Assembly: GCA_039024555.1 (NCBI GenBank)
Contig: JBCCQQ010000009.1
Coordinates: 1 to 64,000 of the forward strand
Direction: 5' to 3'
Length of the DNA stretch: 64,000 bases
DNA from: Cyanobacteria bacterium P01_D01_bin.156
GTDB taxonomy: Bacteria > Cyanobacteriota > Cyanobacteriia > Phormidesmidales > Phormidesmidaceae
Numbering within the stretch: position 1 is the stretch's first letter; every line of letters begins with the position of its first letter. Made by a program: the position numbers and the translations under genes. Below are positions 62,344 to 64,000 of the stretch, in pieces. A model generated the notes under the pieces. It searched no databases, had not been told where the DNA came from, and saw nothing but the letters and a program-made list of their open reading frames with translations.

Positions 62344-63117
62344 TTAATGAGATGTCGGCTGTTGTTGACTATGGCTGGCACAATCGCGATCTAACGTTTG
62401 ACCGTCGGGCATAATGGTCCGGCAAAGACGAGCACCTTCTAGATCTTCAATGTGCACTTCTGCCCACCACAGCTCTGCTTCACTCAGATCCGCATCCCAC
62501 CATCTTGCTTCCCACAGTTCAGCATTGCGTAAGTTTGCCCCCTCTAGATTACTGCCTTGCAGATTGGCACCCCTTAAGTTTGCATTTTGTAGGTCGGCTG
62601 CTCGCAGGTCGGCTCCCTGCAGATTAGCCCCCTGTAAGTTTGCTTGTTGCAGGTTTGCCATACGCAGATTACAGTTGCTCAGCTCAGCATGAGGCAGCTC
62701 GATCCTGGCTAAGTTAGCGTTCGGTGCTTCTAACCCTTCTAGGGACAGGCCATCTCGATGTAAATCTTCTAAAGCTTGATAGCGTGCGTAGCTAATTTCC
62801 ATTTTGGCAGATGCGGCCATATCGACTATGCGCCAAGCTTCGTAGTGTCTCTGAGCACGGCGTTCGGGTGCTCCCTTGATGTATAAAATAACTGCGATTA
62901 CCGCTGCAATTGACTCCACATCACTTAAAAGAGTACTGACTATCTGCCAGTGGTGGGGCTGACTTTGAGGAGCAATAGATTGCTGGATATCAGGAGTCTC
63001 GGCCAATATTTTAAGGGCCAATAATAGCAGTACTGCTAAGGTGACGACCAGCCATGTAGGTACTGATTGCATCCAGCGTTCAACTGGATGAACTGGGCGT
63101 GTTGCTCTCCATTTCAT
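62344..63117 (-). CDS. Membrane-anchored pentapeptide repeat protein
   Basis: Two N-terminal TM helices, HYEAWRIV linker, then A(N/D)LxG repeats ending LCRTIMPDG. Confidence 0.92.
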   Translation of the reverse strand: MKWRATRPVHPVERWMQSVPTWLVVTLAVLLLLALKILAETPDIQQSIAPQSQPHHWQIVSTLLSDVESIAAVIAVILYIKGAPERRAQRHYEAWRIVDMAASAKMEISYARYQALEDLHRDGLSLEGLEAPNANLARIELPHAELSNCNLRMANLQQANLQGANLQGADLRAADLQNANLRGANLQGSNLEGANLRNAELWEARWWDADLSEAELWWAEVHIEDLEGARLCRTIMPDGQTLDRDCASHSQQQPTSH

Positions 63118-63177
63118 AGGCTGATTTTACAGGGTCAACGTATCCTGAAAAACGATGTCAGTGCTCACGATGAATCC

Positions 63178-64000
63178 TTAGGATGATATTTCTTTAAGAT
63201 GTAGAAAACTAGTGCAGGCTGGATGAATGCGGAAGCGTTCAATATTTTCTAGGTTGATCGTCGGTACTTCGTAATGTCCTAGATAGGCTCCTGCTAAGTT
63301 AGTGCGGCGATTGGTGTGACGAGGTACCCAGGCCTTTAAAAAGCCGATTTTCCAAAGGGTTTGTTTCAGTTCAAGGTAATCCATGTCGAGGAGCCAGTCA
63401 CTGGCCCGCTCAGAATCATATTCACCGCAAACAATGGCTAATAGAAAATAATCTAGTTCTTCTTTGTTGTAGTGGCTGCGTTTGCCTCGAAAGATTTCAA
63501 ATACATCGAGCAAATGAGGGTATTGAAAGCGGTACTCTGATGCTAAATCGCGTGTCTTTTGTTCTGAGTAGGATTCTTCAGCTGCTGCGATCGCAATTTC
63601 ATCAATGCGTCGACCTGCCAGAGAATACTCAATGCGCTCAGCGCATAGTTTGCAAAACTGGAGTAGTTCACGGGGCCGTAGCTGGGTGCGGTCGATAATA
63701 TAATCCAGTGTTTCAGTTCCCGTCGACTGCATCTGTGCAACAAATATTGACTGCCAAAGTTTTTGAGCATTAAGCCTGGTGGCTTGTGGAAAAGAATGCA
63801 CAATTCTTCGACCAATCAACTCTAGTAGTTCGTTTCTACCCCAACGAATAACTTCTACATCTTCGCGAATCTTTTGAGCGTCTTCGTAAATCTGCGGAAT
63901 ATTATCAAATAGTTCTTGGCGAATAGATATATAGACTCGTAGATTAGGACTGATAAGATTGAGCTTCTGAGTCGCCTGAAATAGCCCGGCAATAAAAAAC
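63178..64000 (-). CDS. P-loop ATPase, Sll1717-family-like, C-terminal part (gene starts beyond the window)
   Basis: The frame stays open to the window edge (FFIAGLFQATQKLN..LRVYISIRQELFD..EVIRW..) and contains YIIDRTQLRPRELLQF; the Walker motifs lie outside the window. Confidence 0.7.
   Translation of the reverse strand, partial: FFIAGLFQATQKLNLISPNLRVYISIRQELFDNIPQIYEDAQKIREDVEVIRWGRNELLELIGRRIVHSFPQATRLNAQKLWQSIFVAQMQSTGTETLDYIIDRTQLRPRELLQFCKLCAERIEYSLAGRRIDEIAIAAAEESYSEQKTRDLASEYRFQYPHLLDVFEIFRGKRSHYNKEELDYFLLAIVCGEYDSERASDWLLDMDYLELKQTLWKIGFLKAWVPRHTNRRTNLAGAYLGHYEVPTINLENIERFRIHPACTSFLHLKEISS

Overview
A 64-kb stretch of mostly core chromosome from a cyanobacterium. The evidence is psbA, psbH, psbI, psbN, nblA, ado-aar and about 20 HIP1 (GCGATCGC) octamers. 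A filamentous Leptolyngbya-like lineage is my guess only. In order it carries: the 3' end of psbA; the rimP-nusA-ylxR-infB operon; hemE; a CpcS-type bilin lyase; an LptD/DUF3769 gene; psbI; aat; a contiguous intein-free dnaE; a small accessory block (lipase, Zn-peptidase, PEP-CTERM protein); a ParA plus coiled-coil pair that looks like McdAB; pth-tatA-psbH/psbN; rpsP-khpA-phoH; an SNF2 helicase; sigC; trpF; the alkane cluster ado-aar-accA-SDR-folE; tRNA-Phe/Tyr/Thr; nblA; an S8 protease; rpe; a cation-chloride cotransporter; lptAB/FG; glmM; rpmG-rpsR-RNase II-methyltransferase; and a partial P-loop ATPase. Four small genes missing from the ORF track (psbA end, psbI, psbN, nblA) were read by hand. 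I found no CRISPR array, IS element or prophage, and no clearly novel multigene system. The most notable signals are a G-to-C strand-skew flip centred on HIP1 sites, an unsplit GC-rich dnaE that keeps the empty intein site, an orphan McdAB-like pair, and a CHASE2 sensor with no output domain.
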